Assembly (NCBI GenBank): GCA_964409225.1
Contig: CAYPCM010000004.1
Location: forward strand, 1-58,407
Direction of reading: 5' to 3'
Length of the DNA stretch: 58,407 nucleotides
Origin: an uncultured Candidatus Saccharibacteria bacterium
Lineage (GTDB): Bacteria > Patescibacteriota > Minisyncoccia > JACPXH01
Part shown: positions 9,834 through 20,290 of the stretch, piece by piece
Layout of the letters: every line of letters begins with the position of its first letter
How positions within the stretch are numbered: position 1 is the first letter of the stretch
The notes under the pieces: generated by a model
What the model was told of the DNA's origin: nothing
The model's input: only the letters and a program-made list of their open reading frames with translations
Databases searched by the model: none
Made by a program: the position numbers and the translations under genes

Positions 9834-10187
9834 GGAGTCAATGCGTACACTATTCTTACCAAAGTAGGGCGCCGGCACTCCCGAAGCATCGTCCCCAGCC
9901 GGATAAGATAGATTATGGGCCGCCGCATGTCGGCTAAGCAAAATTTCGCAGAGCCGCGATACCTTAAACCATAACGTAGTGGATATAATAGCCCTGAACG
10001 CGGCGAGCGAAAGCGGCGAAGAGAACGAAGCTTGAATACCTCGGAAGGTGTCGACCGCGGTTTTGCGTGCCGACTGCGGCGGCCCCTATAAGAACATTGC
10101 ACGAGCGAACGATCAACGATCGCTGAAGGGGGCCGGCGCCCGACCGCCGAAACTCACAATGCCTCTCTGGGACAAAAGAAATGCGAA

Positions 10188-11435
10188 TCATGTCGGCAGT
10201 CTTCCGGTCCGACAAATCTCCGCATACACCTCTGCTGACGGCCGCGGGGTGCGCTTTTGGCTCCGATAGTCAACTTGCACTAGCCCGAACCGCGGGCCAA
10301 ACCCATCCGTCCACTCAAAATTGTCGAGTAGCGACCAATGCAGGTACCCGCGCACGTCGATCGCCTCGTCAAGCGCCTGCTTTACGCGCCGGAGATGCTC
10401 AACGATAAAACGGCTTCGACACACATCCATGGCGTCAGCTAAACCATTTTCCGTAACAATGATCGGGCGCGTATACCGCGCGAGTTTACGCAACACCGCA
10501 AGCAGCCCCTCTGGATATATTTCCCAGCCCATGTCGGTGGTTGCGAAAACCGGCGGTTCTTTTTCCATAAAGAACGCCTGCGGCCGGCTAAGCGCAAACC
10601 TCACGCGCCGACGCGAATAGTAGTTAACGCCAATAAAGTCAGACGTGGCCAGCGCCGCTTCAACCGGATTGCGAAAGGCGACCCGTTCAACCATGCGAGT
10701 AAGCCAACGATCCACGGCTGAGTGCTGGCGGCTTGGTTCGAACGCGGTCAAATGGTGCGCCACGCCGACCGATGACACCGGATCAACAAACTTAATCACC
10801 TCGTACGCAGCGCGGTGCGCTTCAAAGAGCCGGCCCAGCACCTTCTGCGCCCGGCCTATGTCGCGCACCTGCGGCGGAAACTCGCCCGTGCGATATACCT
10901 TCCAGATATACACCGTCGGTTCGTTAATCGTAATCCAATAACGAACCCTGAGCGCGAAATCGTGCACCACGCGGGCTACGTACCGTTTGAAGCGATCGAC
11001 TGCGCCTGGCGCCTCCCACCCGCCGCGCTTAGCCAGCCACTGCGGCAAGGTCCAGTGCCACAGGGTTACAAACGGCTCGATGCCGCGGCTGCGGAGTGCT
11101 TCGAGTACCGCCGCGTAATGAGCGAACGCAACCTCATCAAACCTTCCCTCCCGCGGTTCGCACTTGGCCCATTCGATAGAAAAGCGGTGGGCGTTGTGCC
11201 CGAAGTGCTTGGCCCAGGCAAAATCCTCTTCAAATCTGCGCCAGTGGTCGCACGCTTCACCGGAAATAAAATCGCGCGGGTCTAAACCCCTTTGCCTAAG
11301 CCCTATCACCCGCGGCCGGCTTCGCTCCCACCGCCACCAATCGCTTGCGGCGTTATTGCCTTCAACCTGATGGGCAGAGGTAGCCGCACCAAAAAGAAAC
11401 TCCGGAGGGAAATCTCGCGCTTGCGCCATGGTCAC
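10188..11435 (-). CDS. Glycoside hydrolase family 1 (beta-glucosidase)
   Basis: FLFGAATSAHQVEG, TINEP, VTENG, WSLLDNFEW motifs. Confidence 0.95.
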   Translation of the reverse strand: MTMAQARDFPPEFLFGAATSAHQVEGNNAASDWWRWERSRPRVIGLRQRGLDPRDFISGEACDHWRRFEEDFAWAKHFGHNAHRFSIEWAKCEPREGRFDEVAFAHYAAVLEALRSRGIEPFVTLWHWTLPQWLAKRGGWEAPGAVDRFKRYVARVVHDFALRVRYWITINEPTVYIWKVYRTGEFPPQVRDIGRAQKVLGRLFEAHRAAYEVIKFVDPVSSVGVAHHLTAFEPSRQHSAVDRWLTRMVERVAFRNPVEAALATSDFIGVNYYSRRRVRFALSRPQAFFMEKEPPVFATTDMGWEIYPEGLLAVLRKLARYTRPIIVTENGLADAMDVCRSRFIVEHLRRVKQALDEAIDVRGYLHWSLLDNFEWTDGFGPRFGLVQVDYRSQKRTPRPSAEVYAEICRTGRLPT

Positions 11436-11507
11436 ATAATACTCTATGGCCGCGCCTGGTGCGAACGTGCTGAGCGGCCCGCCGCAGGCGGGCCGCTCGA
11501 TGAACGA

Positions 11508-11810
11508 CTACTTAAACCGGATGTCGCCATTATCCCTCGCGATGGATTCGAGGAGTTCACGGGGAGCGTCGACGAATATGCTCGGCGACCGACCCCTCGC
11601 ACGCGTCCGACCAGGTGGTCTCCCTCGCGGTCGCTCCTTTGGCGGCATTGAGCCGAATGAAACGTTGCCTCCTGCCGGCAGACGAAGCTCGAACTCAACG
11701 CCTCGCATCCGGCTTGCATCGAAAAAAGTGAGGGTGGCGGGGTCTTTCGCCCCGGGAAGGAAGATCGTCAGGGTAACCTTCGGGGAGATTCGACGCTGAA
11801 TGACGACCAT
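11508..11810 (-). CDS. Hypothetical protein
   Basis: ORF from MVVIQRR with AGGAGG SD. Confidence 0.45.
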   Translation of the reverse strand: MVVIQRRISPKVTLTIFLPGAKDPATLTFFDASRMRGVEFELRLPAGGNVSFGSMPPKERPRGRPPGRTRARGRSPSIFVDAPRELLESIARDNGDIRFK

Positions 11811-11937
11811 CGCTTGCCTCCTCACACATCTTCCTGTTGAGTAATCCCCCTCCGACGCGGACGGGTGTGCACGCGCGGAGCCTGCGATCGCCCCAACAGC
11901 TCAACCCGCATGATCGACCCCTCCTCCCTTCTCCGCC

Positions 11938-12594
11938 TCACCCGTATCGTTCCTCTCGCCAAGGACTACCGTAGTTGTGGTATCCCCGCACCTCCCAAAA
12001 TCCGGGTTCATCTTCCTCCACAAACCTGATCATCGTCAAGAACTTGGCCGATTTCCAACCGTAGAGATGCGGGACGATCATGCGCACCGGCCCGCCGTGT
12101 TCGGGCGGGATTTCTTTGCCGTCGAGTTGCAGCGCCACGAGCACGTTCGGCTTCTTGAGATCTTCAAGCGGCACGTTCGTGGTATATCCATCGAACGAGT
12201 GAAAAATCACGTGCTTGGCTTCTGGTTTGGGCTTGACTGTCTCCATGATTTTAGCAAACGGCACGCCGACCCAATGCAGGTCATATGCTGACCAGCGTGT
12301 TACGCAATGAAAATCAGAGGTTTGCTCAACCGCGCCAAACTTCCGGAGCTCATCGAGCGTCCACTCCATCGGTCGCTCCACCAACCCTTCTGCCGTAACT
12401 TTCCACATCGGATACAAATCCCGCGTAGGCCGCACCCCCAAATCGAGTATCGGGAATCGATCGGTCTTCACCTGCCCGGGCGGGAGCCGATTCGGCTCCG
12501 TAGTCGGCCCATGCGCTTGCCCGTGGCGCGCGACCTGCGCCGCCTTCACCTTGAGGTAGACGTGGTTATACTCTCGGGAGTCAGGGATAATCAT
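11938..12594 (-). CDS. Sulfite-oxidase-like molybdopterin oxidoreductase (YuiH/MsrP-like)
   Basis: RLPPGQ, DFHCVTRWS (Mo-ligand Cys), EHGGPVR, YGWKSAK, GFWEVRGYH. Confidence 0.9.
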   Translation of the reverse strand: MIIPDSREYNHVYLKVKAAQVARHGQAHGPTTEPNRLPPGQVKTDRFPILDLGVRPTRDLYPMWKVTAEGLVERPMEWTLDELRKFGAVEQTSDFHCVTRWSAYDLHWVGVPFAKIMETVKPKPEAKHVIFHSFDGYTTNVPLEDLKKPNVLVALQLDGKEIPPEHGGPVRMIVPHLYGWKSAKFLTMIRFVEEDEPGFWEVRGYHNYGSPWREERYG

Positions 12595-12816
12595 AGCAAG
12601 AGAAACTATACCATACTCTAAGCTCAAGTGGGATGTTGGATGTGCAAATGTAGCGATGCCTTGTGGCCCCAGTCTCTGCCCCGAGAGACGCGACCCAATA
12701 CTGAACCGCGGTTTGACGTAGCCGCACAACCGCATTATCATACGAACGTAAATTGTGGTCCCGCCTGATACGCGCCGAGGGCTCTGTGCCCATCAGCACA
12801 AAGAAAGGAGGGGGTA

Positions 12817-13275
12817 ATGGACGCACGGGAGCACCTTGAAAGCCTGTTGCCCGAGAAGTGGAGGGGGAGGGCGCACCTTTTGCCTCTACCGGAAAGTAGG
12901 ACCGGCGAAGGGATCGTCTTGATTGTGTTTGGGATCCTTGGGGGGGCATGCACCGTCAAAGCAGCCACTCCACTGTTGGGCCTTCTGGTCGCCATCGTGT
13001 TCGTTGGACAAGGCATCGCGATCCTCGAAACAAACCGACGCGCCCAAGAGAAGTTTGTCGGCAACTTCTCTAAGATGACCGCGGAAGAACGCGATGCCTA
13101 CATGGCTAAGTGTGAAGCAGAAAGCTCCTCCAGTGGTCCGGGATGGCCGACGACAGAGTATGAAACCGAGGAGCGCATCCATTACCGCAAAACCAAGTGG
13201 GGCTTCGAGAGAGGCTACTACGGGCCGTATCGGGAATCGGGCAGGACCGTGGTACGCCGAGAGAAAAAGAAATAG
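12817..13275 (+). CDS. Hypothetical membrane protein
   Basis: Two TM helices, AGGAGG SD, downstream hairpin near 13300-13327. Confidence 0.55.
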   Translation: MDAREHLESLLPEKWRGRAHLLPLPESRTGEGIVLIVFGILGGACTVKAATPLLGLLVAIVFVGQGIAILETNRRAQEKFVGNFSKMTAEERDAYMAKCEAESSSSGPGWPTTEYETEERIHYRKTKWGFERGYYGPYRESGRTVVRREKKK

Positions 13276-13432
13276 AAGCGCTGCCCGCCCTAACACCTAC
13301 ACCCCAGCACGTGCGTGCTGGGGTGTGTTCATTTATCTACTCGTGCCGCCTTACTTGCGCTTCTTTGGCTCTGAGGTAGGAATGGTTATAGCTTTTGGAG
13401 TCGGGAGTGAGCATACTCTGGACACCTCAAAA

Positions 13433-13972
13433 TTACCGCAAATATGGCTTAAAATCAAAAAACTTCGAAAAGTTTATCTGCAATTCCCTTGATTCAGAGA
13501 GTTCCACACGATAGCGAACGCACATCTTGATAAAATCTTCAAAGTAATTAGAGAGGCACAAAACAATCTTCTTCTCGTGCCAACCAACTCCCGGGGCTCC
13601 AACTCCTCGGGGATGATGCCTGGCTATTACAAAATTCTTCTTAACAAAGAATTCGTGGGTCAGCCCACACCTTACGATATCGTAAAAATTCCGTGCTTTT
13701 CCATGATGGTACCGAAATTTCTTCATAATCGACTCATCAAATTCAGTATACGCATCGCCTAATTGATTATAGGCCTTATAGAAGTTAGACTCGGCAAAAC
13801 CTCGCTTTCCTCCGTTACCGGACATCAACCCCCCGATAAATTCTGTATAAGTAACCAACCCCAACGCCGTCAAAAGTTTGGCGCCTACCTCAAGCGACTT
13901 GCTGATATCCGAAAAAATAAACCATATAACATATCTATCAAAAAGATCGAGTATCTTTTTCTTTGTCATCAT
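13433..13972 (-). CDS. AT-rich hypothetical protein with HEPN-like Rx4H motif
   Basis: YDIVRCGLTHEFF; composition visibly more AT-rich than neighbours; starts just after tRNA-Glu 3' end. Confidence 0.6.
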   Translation of the reverse strand: MMTKKKILDLFDRYVIWFIFSDISKSLEVGAKLLTALGLVTYTEFIGGLMSGNGGKRGFAESNFYKAYNQLGDAYTEFDESIMKKFRYHHGKARNFYDIVRCGLTHEFFVKKNFVIARHHPRGVGAPGVGWHEKKIVLCLSNYFEDFIKMCVRYRVELSESRELQINFSKFFDFKPYLR

Positions 13973-13995
13973 GTTTACGCTGCCAGAAGTTGAGT

Positions 13996-14070
13996 TGGCG
14001 GCCCCACGGGGAGTCGAACCCCGATCTTCATCTTGAAAGAATGACGTCCTGACCGTTAGACGATGGGGCC
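13996..14070 (-). tRNA. tRNA-Glu(TTC)
   Basis: Acceptor GGCCCCA/TGGGGCC, loop CTTTCAA, encoded CCA. Confidence 0.95.
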
Positions 14071-14123
14071 GGTTTGGTTTGCTAGTTTGTTGGTTTGCTA
14101 GTTTACTAGTTTGCTGGTTTGCA
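14071..14123. repeat. Degenerate 8-nt tandem repeat (RGTTTGCT x about 6)
   Basis: ggtttgct agtttgtt ggtttgct agtttact agtttgct ggtttgca. Confidence 0.7.
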
Positions 14124-14192
14124 CGTCAGACGAACGCACCAACGATACCAGAAATATTGAGTAATCGCAATAATTCCGCTATACTCGCGTCG

Positions 14193-15392
14193 ATGAGAAT
14201 TCTCGCCATTGAAACCAGCTGCGACGAGACCGCGGCGGCGGTTGTGGAGGATCTTCAGCTCCGCGCTTCTCGACTTCGCTCGAAACAAAACCAAGCGCGG
14301 TTCCGAATCCTCTCCAACGTCGTCTCCTCGCAAGTGAAAATCCACGCGCCGTTTGGCGGGGTGGTGCCGAATCTTGCCAAGAGAGAACACCAAAAAAACT
14401 TAGTACCAGTTTTTCTTGAAACCCTTGGCAAAGCCAAACTTTTAAACTCGAATTCCGAAATTCGAATTTCGAAATTGGTTCAAAATTCAAAATTCAAAAT
14501 TCTCCACTCCATCCTAGAGCGTGAACCGGAGCTGTTGAATCAAGTAGTAAAGCGCGTGTTGTCCCTCAAGCCGCCGCCAATAGACGCAATCGCCGTAACG
14601 ATCGGCCCTGGGCTCGCGCCCGCGCTGTGGGTGGGGGTGAACTTTGCTCGCGCGCTTGCGTATGTGTGGAATAAACCACTCATTCCGGTCAACCACATGG
14701 AAGCGCACCTCTATTCTAATTTCTACGGCCCGCGTCGTACGTTCCGCTACCCTATCGTGTGCCTCACCGTATCTGGCGGCCACACGCAACTTATCCTGAT
14801 GACGTCACTCAAACGCTACCGCGTGCTTGGAGAAACACGCGACGACGCGGCTGGCGAGGCCTTTGACAAAGGCGCACGGCTTTTGGGCCTCGCCTACCCG
14901 GGCGGCCCGAAACTTGCCGGACTTGCACGCAACGGGGATCCATACACATTCGCTTTCCCGCGGCCTATGTTGAAAGATAAAAGCTACGACTTCAGCTTTG
15001 CCGGACTTAAAACATCTCTCCTTTATCTTCTCAAAGACGACCCAAAACTGCTCGGGCGCAAAGCTGATCTGGCGGCAAGTTATGAAGCGGCAATTGTGGA
15101 CGTGCTCACAGCAAAAACCCTGCGCGCCGCGCGCGAGTTCCGGGCGAAGACAATTTTTATCGCCGGAGGTGTCGCAGCCAATAAAAAACTCCGTAGCCAG
15201 ACGATTCAGCGAACCGCCTCATTGATCCCGAAACCGCATGTGTACGCTCCCGAAGATAATCTTTCAACCGACAATGCGGTCATGATTGCGATTGCGGCAT
15301 TCGTCGCAACATCGCGCCTGCCAGCAACTGACAATTGGAAAGACGTCGCCGCCAACGCAAATCTTCAACTTTCAGAAACCGCGATTTCCTAA
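14193..15392 (+). CDS. tsaD: tRNA t6A37 threonylcarbamoyltransferase TsaD
   Basis: ILAIETSCDET, NHMEAH, VSGGHT, DDAAGEAFDK, TDNAVMIA. Confidence 0.97.
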   Translation: MRILAIETSCDETAAAVVEDLQLRASRLRSKQNQARFRILSNVVSSQVKIHAPFGGVVPNLAKREHQKNLVPVFLETLGKAKLLNSNSEIRISKLVQNSKFKILHSILEREPELLNQVVKRVLSLKPPPIDAIAVTIGPGLAPALWVGVNFARALAYVWNKPLIPVNHMEAHLYSNFYGPRRTFRYPIVCLTVSGGHTQLILMTSLKRYRVLGETRDDAAGEAFDKGARLLGLAYPGGPKLAGLARNGDPYTFAFPRPMLKDKSYDFSFAGLKTSLLYLLKDDPKLLGRKADLAASYEAAIVDVLTAKTLRAAREFRAKTIFIAGGVAANKKLRSQTIQRTASLIPKPHVYAPEDNLSTDNAVMIAIAAFVATSRLPATDNWKDVAANANLQLSETAIS

Positions 15393-15465
15393 TTATATTA
15401 CGTACGTAATATAATTCGGCGCGGTTGCGCGCGCGCGCAGACACCGCCATAATAAGAACGCGACT

Positions 15466-17976
15466 ATGGAGGACTTCCCAAAAGCATACACGCCAAAAGA
15501 CGTCGAGGCTAAGATTGCGCGACTCTGGGAAGAATCCGGATTTTTTAACCCGGATAACCTGCCCGGAAAACGCCGAAAGACCTTTTCCATGGCGCTCCCG
15601 CCGCCCAACGCCACGGGCGTTTTACACGTGGGACACGCGGTCATGCTCGCGATTCAAGACATCATGGTGCGCTTTCACCGCATGGCCGGCCTCAAAACGC
15701 TGTGGCTGCCCGGAACAGACCACGCCGCCATCGCCACCCAAAACGTAGTGGAAAAACAACTGTCCAAAGAAGGACTCACGCGCGCCAAACTCGGCCGCGA
15801 GGCATTCCTCAAGCGCGTGGAGACCTTTATTGAAGAATCAAAGAACACAATCCGCAGCCAAATCCGCGCCATGGGCGCGTCGGTGGATTGGTCCAGAGAG
15901 CGCTATACGTTAGACAAGGGACTTTCGACCGCGGTTACAGAAAGTTTTGCCCGTCTTTACCACGATGGTTTGATTTATCGCGGCACTAAGGTTGTCAACT
16001 GGTGCCCGCGCTGTCGATCCACGCTGTCGGATGACGAGGTGGAATATAAACCAACCAAAGGCAAGCTATATTTCATCAAGTACGGTCCCTTTACGCTCGC
16101 GACCGTCCGCCCCGAGACCAAACTGGGCGATACGGGCCTCGCCGTGCATCCGGCTGACAAACGATACCAGAAGTATGTCGGCAAAAATATCAAGATCAAG
16201 TCCGTTGACGGCGAAATTTCCCTCAAGATCATTGCCGACAAAACGGTTGATCCGGCCTTTGGCACCGGCATCATCAAGGTAACGCCGGCGCACGACTTCA
16301 CCGATGCCGAAATCGGCGCGCGCCATAAGCTCGCATCACGCCAGGTTATCGGCGAAGACGGCCGGATGACCAAACAGGCAGGCGCCTATGCCGGACTCAC
16401 CGTCAAAGAGGCCCGCGAGAAGATCGTGGCAGGACTCCAGAAACTGGGACTGATCGAAAAAGTCGAGGATTACGAACATAACCTCTCGGTCTGCTACCGG
16501 TGCGAAACGCCCATCGAACCGCTGCCGTCTTTGCAGTGGTTTGTCGCAGTCAATAAAAAAATCCCCGGCCGCAGCAAAACCATAAAGCAGCTCGCGACCG
16601 ATGCGGTCAAATCCGGCGCCATCAACATTATCCCCGCTCGCTTCTCTAAAATCTACTTTCACTGGATGAAGAACCTGCACGACTGGACCATCTCGCGGCA
16701 GATTTGGTTTGGGCATCGGATTCCGGTGTGGTACAAACAAAAAACAAAAAATCAAAAATCAAAAATCAAAAATGACACCGCGTGTCATAGGGATCTCGAG
16801 GTTTACGTCGGCGTTAAGCCGCCGAAAGGCGACGGCTGGGAACAAGACCCGGACACGCTCGACACCTGGTTTTCTTCGGCGCTGTGGACATTTTCGACCT
16901 TGGGCTGGCCGGATAAGACCAAAGATCTCAAAACGTACCACCCGACCACGGTGATGGAAACCGGCTACGACATTTTGTTTTTCTGGGTCGCGCGCATGAT
17001 CATGATGTCCGCGTACGCCCTCAAAGAAGTGCCGTTTCGAACAGTGTACCTGCATGGGCTCGTGCGTGACAGTGCGGGTCGAAAGATGTCAAAGTCGCTC
17101 GGCAACGTGATTGACCCGCTCGAAATGGCGGAAAAGTACGGCGCTGATGCCACGCGCCTCGCGCTAACGATTGGCGCCACCCCGGGCCTCGACACAAAAC
17201 TGTCAGAGGCAAAAATCGCGGGCTTTCGCAACTTCTCAAACAAGCTCTATAACATAAGCCGCTTCACTTTCCTCACTGTCAAACCCGGCACCATCGTGCC
17301 GAAGTCGCCGCGGCCGCGCACGCTGGCCGATCGCTGGGTTATTTCGCGCCTAGAGCGGGTCCGCCAAGACGCCACAGAACATCTTAAAGCATTTAGATTC
17401 TCTCAAGCTGGCGAGATGCTCCGCTCCTTCACGTGGGATGAATTTGCCGATTGGTACGTCGAAATCGCCAAGATTGAAGGCGGCAAAGGCGCAATACTGG
17501 CCCATCTTCTTGCCGAACTCCTTAAACTCTGGCACCCTTTCATGCCGTTTCTCACCGAGCATTTGTGGCAAACAGCGCGCACGCGCGTGAAAGGCCTGCC
17601 GTCTGAACTTTTGCTGATCGCGCCCTGGCCTAGCCGAGAGCGCCGCTTTATTAATGAGAAAAGTGAAAATGACTTCGCGGTTTTGCAGGACGTAGTTACG
17701 GCATTACGCCGCCTGCAACGGGAAGCGCGTTTGCCAGCCGACTTGTCCGCTGAAAGCTTGCTGAAGGCGGAAGCATCTGCGGCGGCAATTTGCTACGCTG
17801 GACCCCAGACCAAGTTACTGCGCCAACACGAAACGCTCATGAAGCGGCTAGCTCAACTCAACGCCCTGGAAGTATTCCCCGGGGGCGCCCCGCCGCCGGG
17901 CGCAACGTATACCTCTGCATCCGTACACGGAATCCGCATCTACGTACTGATCGCGCCATCAAAATCGCAACATTGA
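15466..17976 (+). CDS. valS: Valyl-tRNA synthetase
   Basis: [37 protein letters not shown]. Confidence 0.97.
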   Translation: MEDFPKAYTPKDVEAKIARLWEESGFFNPDNLPGKRRKTFSMALPPPNATGVLHVGHAVMLAIQDIMVRFHRMAGLKTLWLPGTDHAAIATQNVVEKQLSKEGLTRAKLGREAFLKRVETFIEESKNTIRSQIRAMGASVDWSRERYTLDKGLSTAVTESFARLYHDGLIYRGTKVVNWCPRCRSTLSDDEVEYKPTKGKLYFIKYGPFTLATVRPETKLGDTGLAVHPADKRYQKYVGKNIKIKSVDGEISLKIIADKTVDPAFGTGIIKVTPAHDFTDAEIGARHKLASRQVIGEDGRMTKQAGAYAGLTVKEAREKIVAGLQKLGLIEKVEDYEHNLSVCYRCETPIEPLPSLQWFVAVNKKIPGRSKTIKQLATDAVKSGAINIIPARFSKIYFHWMKNLHDWTISRQIWFGHRIPVWYKQKTKNQKSKIKNDTACHRDLEVYVGVKPPKGDGWEQDPDTLDTWFSSALWTFSTLGWPDKTKDLKTYHPTTVMETGYDILFFWVARMIMMSAYALKEVPFRTVYLHGLVRDSAGRKMSKSLGNVIDPLEMAEKYGADATRLALTIGATPGLDTKLSEAKIAGFRNFSNKLYNISRFTFLTVKPGTIVPKSPRPRTLADRWVISRLERVRQDATEHLKAFRFSQAGEMLRSFTWDEFADWYVEIAKIEGGKGAILAHLLAELLKLWHPFMPFLTEHLWQTARTRVKGLPSELLLIAPWPSRERRFINEKSENDFAVLQDVVTALRRLQREARLPADLSAESLLKAEASAAAICYAGPQTKLLRQHETLMKRLAQLNALEVFPGGAPPPGATYTSASVHGIRIYVLIAPSKSQH

Positions 17977-17988
17977 ACCTAAAAACTG

Positions 17989-18696
17989 ATGCCCGGCCTT
18001 CCCTTCCTTTCAATATTTGCCGCGTTCGCCTTGAGCGTCGCGTGGCTTGTTTTTTACTTGCGCGAAGACACGCACCCAGAACCAAAGCGGCTGTTGCTCG
18101 CCGTGTTTCTCGGCGGCATGGCCACTGCCCCTGTCGCGATCCTGCTCGAATGCGGGTGGCTCACGTTTCTGGGCGGAGCGTGCGGTGAATCAAGCGGCAC
18201 ACCGACATTTCTTGCCTTTCTCGGATACGCCTTCATTGAAGAAACACTCAAATTCTTGGTGGTCGCAATTGGCGTCAGCCGCTCGAAAGAGTTTGATGAA
18301 CCAGTGGATGCCATGATTTATCTGATTGTAAGCGCTCTGGGGTTCGCGGCGGTCGAAAACATGTTTTTCCTGTGGCGACCATTTACCGAATCAGTAGGGT
18401 TTGGTATACAGGTAGCGGGGCTGCGTTTTGTCGGCGCCACCTTGCTGCATGTGCTTGTCTCGGCAGTGGTGGGCTATTTCTTTGCGCTTGCCATCATCAT
18501 GCGCGAACGGGCTTACGCACTTATAGCTTTTGGGCTTGGGCTTGCCACCATCTTGCACGCGCTTTTCAATTCGCTTATACTCTTGAACAGCCGAACGTCT
18601 CTTGTCTTTCTCGGCCTACTCCTTGTGGCTCTAATACTGGTGGTGGCTGCTTACTTTACTAAGCTCCGTCGCGTTGCCAACCGCACCAACGCTTAA
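17989..18696 (+). CDS. prsW: PrsW-family intramembrane metalloprotease
   Basis: HPEP, EETLK, GFAAVEN, HALFN motifs. Confidence 0.88.
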   Translation: MPGLPFLSIFAAFALSVAWLVFYLREDTHPEPKRLLLAVFLGGMATAPVAILLECGWLTFLGGACGESSGTPTFLAFLGYAFIEETLKFLVVAIGVSRSKEFDEPVDAMIYLIVSALGFAAVENMFFLWRPFTESVGFGIQVAGLRFVGATLLHVLVSAVVGYFFALAIIMRERAYALIAFGLGLATILHALFNSLILLNSRTSLVFLGLLLVALILVVAAYFTKLRRVANRTNA

Positions 18697-18780
18697 ATCC
18701 CTTAACTCTCGTGAAGTTTCTATGCAATGTGCGTCATTTAACTTTAAACCTTTAAACTTTTAAACCCGTTATACCCCGTT

Positions 18781-19362
18781 ATGTCGCCATCTTTTTTCGA
18801 ACGGCTCACAGGCCTGAGCCAAACCGACGACCAACCAACCGAACCGCAGCAGCCCGTACCCACAACCGCTCCCGCGCCAGCTCCAACTCCAGCGCCGGAG
18901 CCGAGCCCGACCGCGCCGCCGCCGAGCGAACCGCCTTCTGCTCCGACCACGCCGGTGGTCCAGCACTACCCGGCGCAGACGACCGTCCAACCTGTAGTAA
19001 CCGCGAAAAAAGAGGACTGGGTCCAAGAACCAGAAGGGCAACTGACGATCGATGTCTATCAGACGCCTGCTGACATCATCATCAAGTCAACCATTGCGGG
19101 CGTAACACACGACAACCTCGACATCACAATCACAAACGACATGATCACGATTAAGGGCAAGCGCGAGCGCGACGATTCGATCCGCGACGAGGACTACTAC
19201 TACCAAGAATGCTATTGGGGCGCGTTTTCCCGCTCGGTCATTCTGCCGGTTGACATCAAAGCCGACGAATCTGAAGCCATACTCAAAAACGGCATCCTTT
19301 CCATTCGTCTGCCAAAAGCAGAAAGGGAGAAACGCAAGCGTATAGAAGTGAAAACCCTCTAG
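18781..19362 (+). CDS. Hsp20/alpha-crystallin small heat-shock protein with Pro-rich N-terminus
   Basis: IDVYQT, QECYWGAFSRSVILP, NGILSIRLPK. Confidence 0.92.
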   Translation: MSPSFFERLTGLSQTDDQPTEPQQPVPTTAPAPAPTPAPEPSPTAPPPSEPPSAPTTPVVQHYPAQTTVQPVVTAKKEDWVQEPEGQLTIDVYQTPADIIIKSTIAGVTHDNLDITITNDMITIKGKRERDDSIRDEDYYYQECYWGAFSRSVILPVDIKADESEAILKNGILSIRLPKAEREKRKRIEVKTL

Positions 19363-19478
19363 CGACATTCCCTTACCAACCCCGCCCTCCGGCGGGGTTG
19401 GTACTATATGGGCAATGATGAAGCGATTTAGACCGGATCGGCGTCGCGGCTCTGCTTACCGCTACCGCAGCGCATCCA

Positions 19479-19597
19479 TACCGTCTGCTGACGATCGCTA
19501 GAAGACGGTACAAAAACAACTGAATCACTCCCACTATACCAACACGTCCGATGTGCTGTACCATCTCCTGACGATCGCTAGAACACGTCACAGAAAC
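19479..19597. repeat. Two 39-bp palindromic direct repeats (core CTGACGATCGCTAGAA)
   Basis: 19479-19517 and 19559-19597; inverted third copy at 20219-20250. Confidence 0.75.
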
Positions 19598-20154
19598 TAC
19601 AAATCAAAGTGCTGCCGGAGTGCCTGGTTGCAGTCGATGCTCGAGACCTCCAGGTAATGCACGTATCGTTCGACGCCGTAGCATGCGTTGAGGAACTCGA
19701 CGGCCTCGCGGCATGGGTACGGCGTAATGAAAACGCTCCGCTGCAGTTGATGGAATTCAAGCTGTCGGAGCCTCGCCCGGAGCGCTGCCCGAGCTGCCCT
19801 GCGTTCCTCGGGGATGTCAAAGATGATCATCCGCCACTGACCGTCCCAACGGCCTGGCTTCCTGGGCGTGAGCTCGGCGAGACGGTACTGCACGAGCCGC
19901 TGCCGGCCGCGGTCTGTCATCACGACGGTGATCTCACGAGCCCGTTTCCGGAACCGCACCAGCCGCTCGGCACGCAGCCGATAGAGCGAGCGGCGCATCG
20001 CCGCGGGCTGATAGCGTCGCCGGCGTACGAATGGCTGGAGTGCGAATGCTAACCCTGGCAGGGCGGCCAGTGTCACCACGAACGCACCAGCGGCGAGCAC
20101 CCCGAGGATGCCCCTGGTGAGCTCACCGTACCGTCTCGGTGCTTCATCGACCAT
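19597..20154 (-). CDS. PaaX-like wHTH regulator with Cas2-like C-terminal domain
   Basis: WDGQWRMIIFDIPE...LR..L.QLEFHQLQRSVF. Confidence 0.8.
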   Translation of the reverse strand: MVDEAPRRYGELTRGILGVLAAGAFVVTLAALPGLAFALQPFVRRRRYQPAAMRRSLYRLRAERLVRFRKRAREITVVMTDRGRQRLVQYRLAELTPRKPGRWDGQWRMIIFDIPEERRAARAALRARLRQLEFHQLQRSVFITPYPCREAVEFLNACYGVERYVHYLEVSSIDCNQALRQHFDL

Positions 20155-20290
20155 ACGTCTTGTTGATCCCCCGAACGCCTGATGCCAAATATGATACAAG
20201 ATATATGCCCATCTACTATATCATCTTCTGGCGATCGTCATAAGATGATAGCGGTATGCACCGTCGTTCAACCGAGCGCAGCTCGCGGCT

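Noticed and set aside
18840-18960. Pro/Ala/Thr-rich repeat in Hsp20 as an inserted element
   Set aside because: Low-complexity linker with varied codons; no match to the DNA repeat families.
19479-20250. True CRISPR array with cas2
   Set aside because: Only two degenerate direct repeats plus an inverted copy; no cas1 or effector; the protein is PaaX-like.
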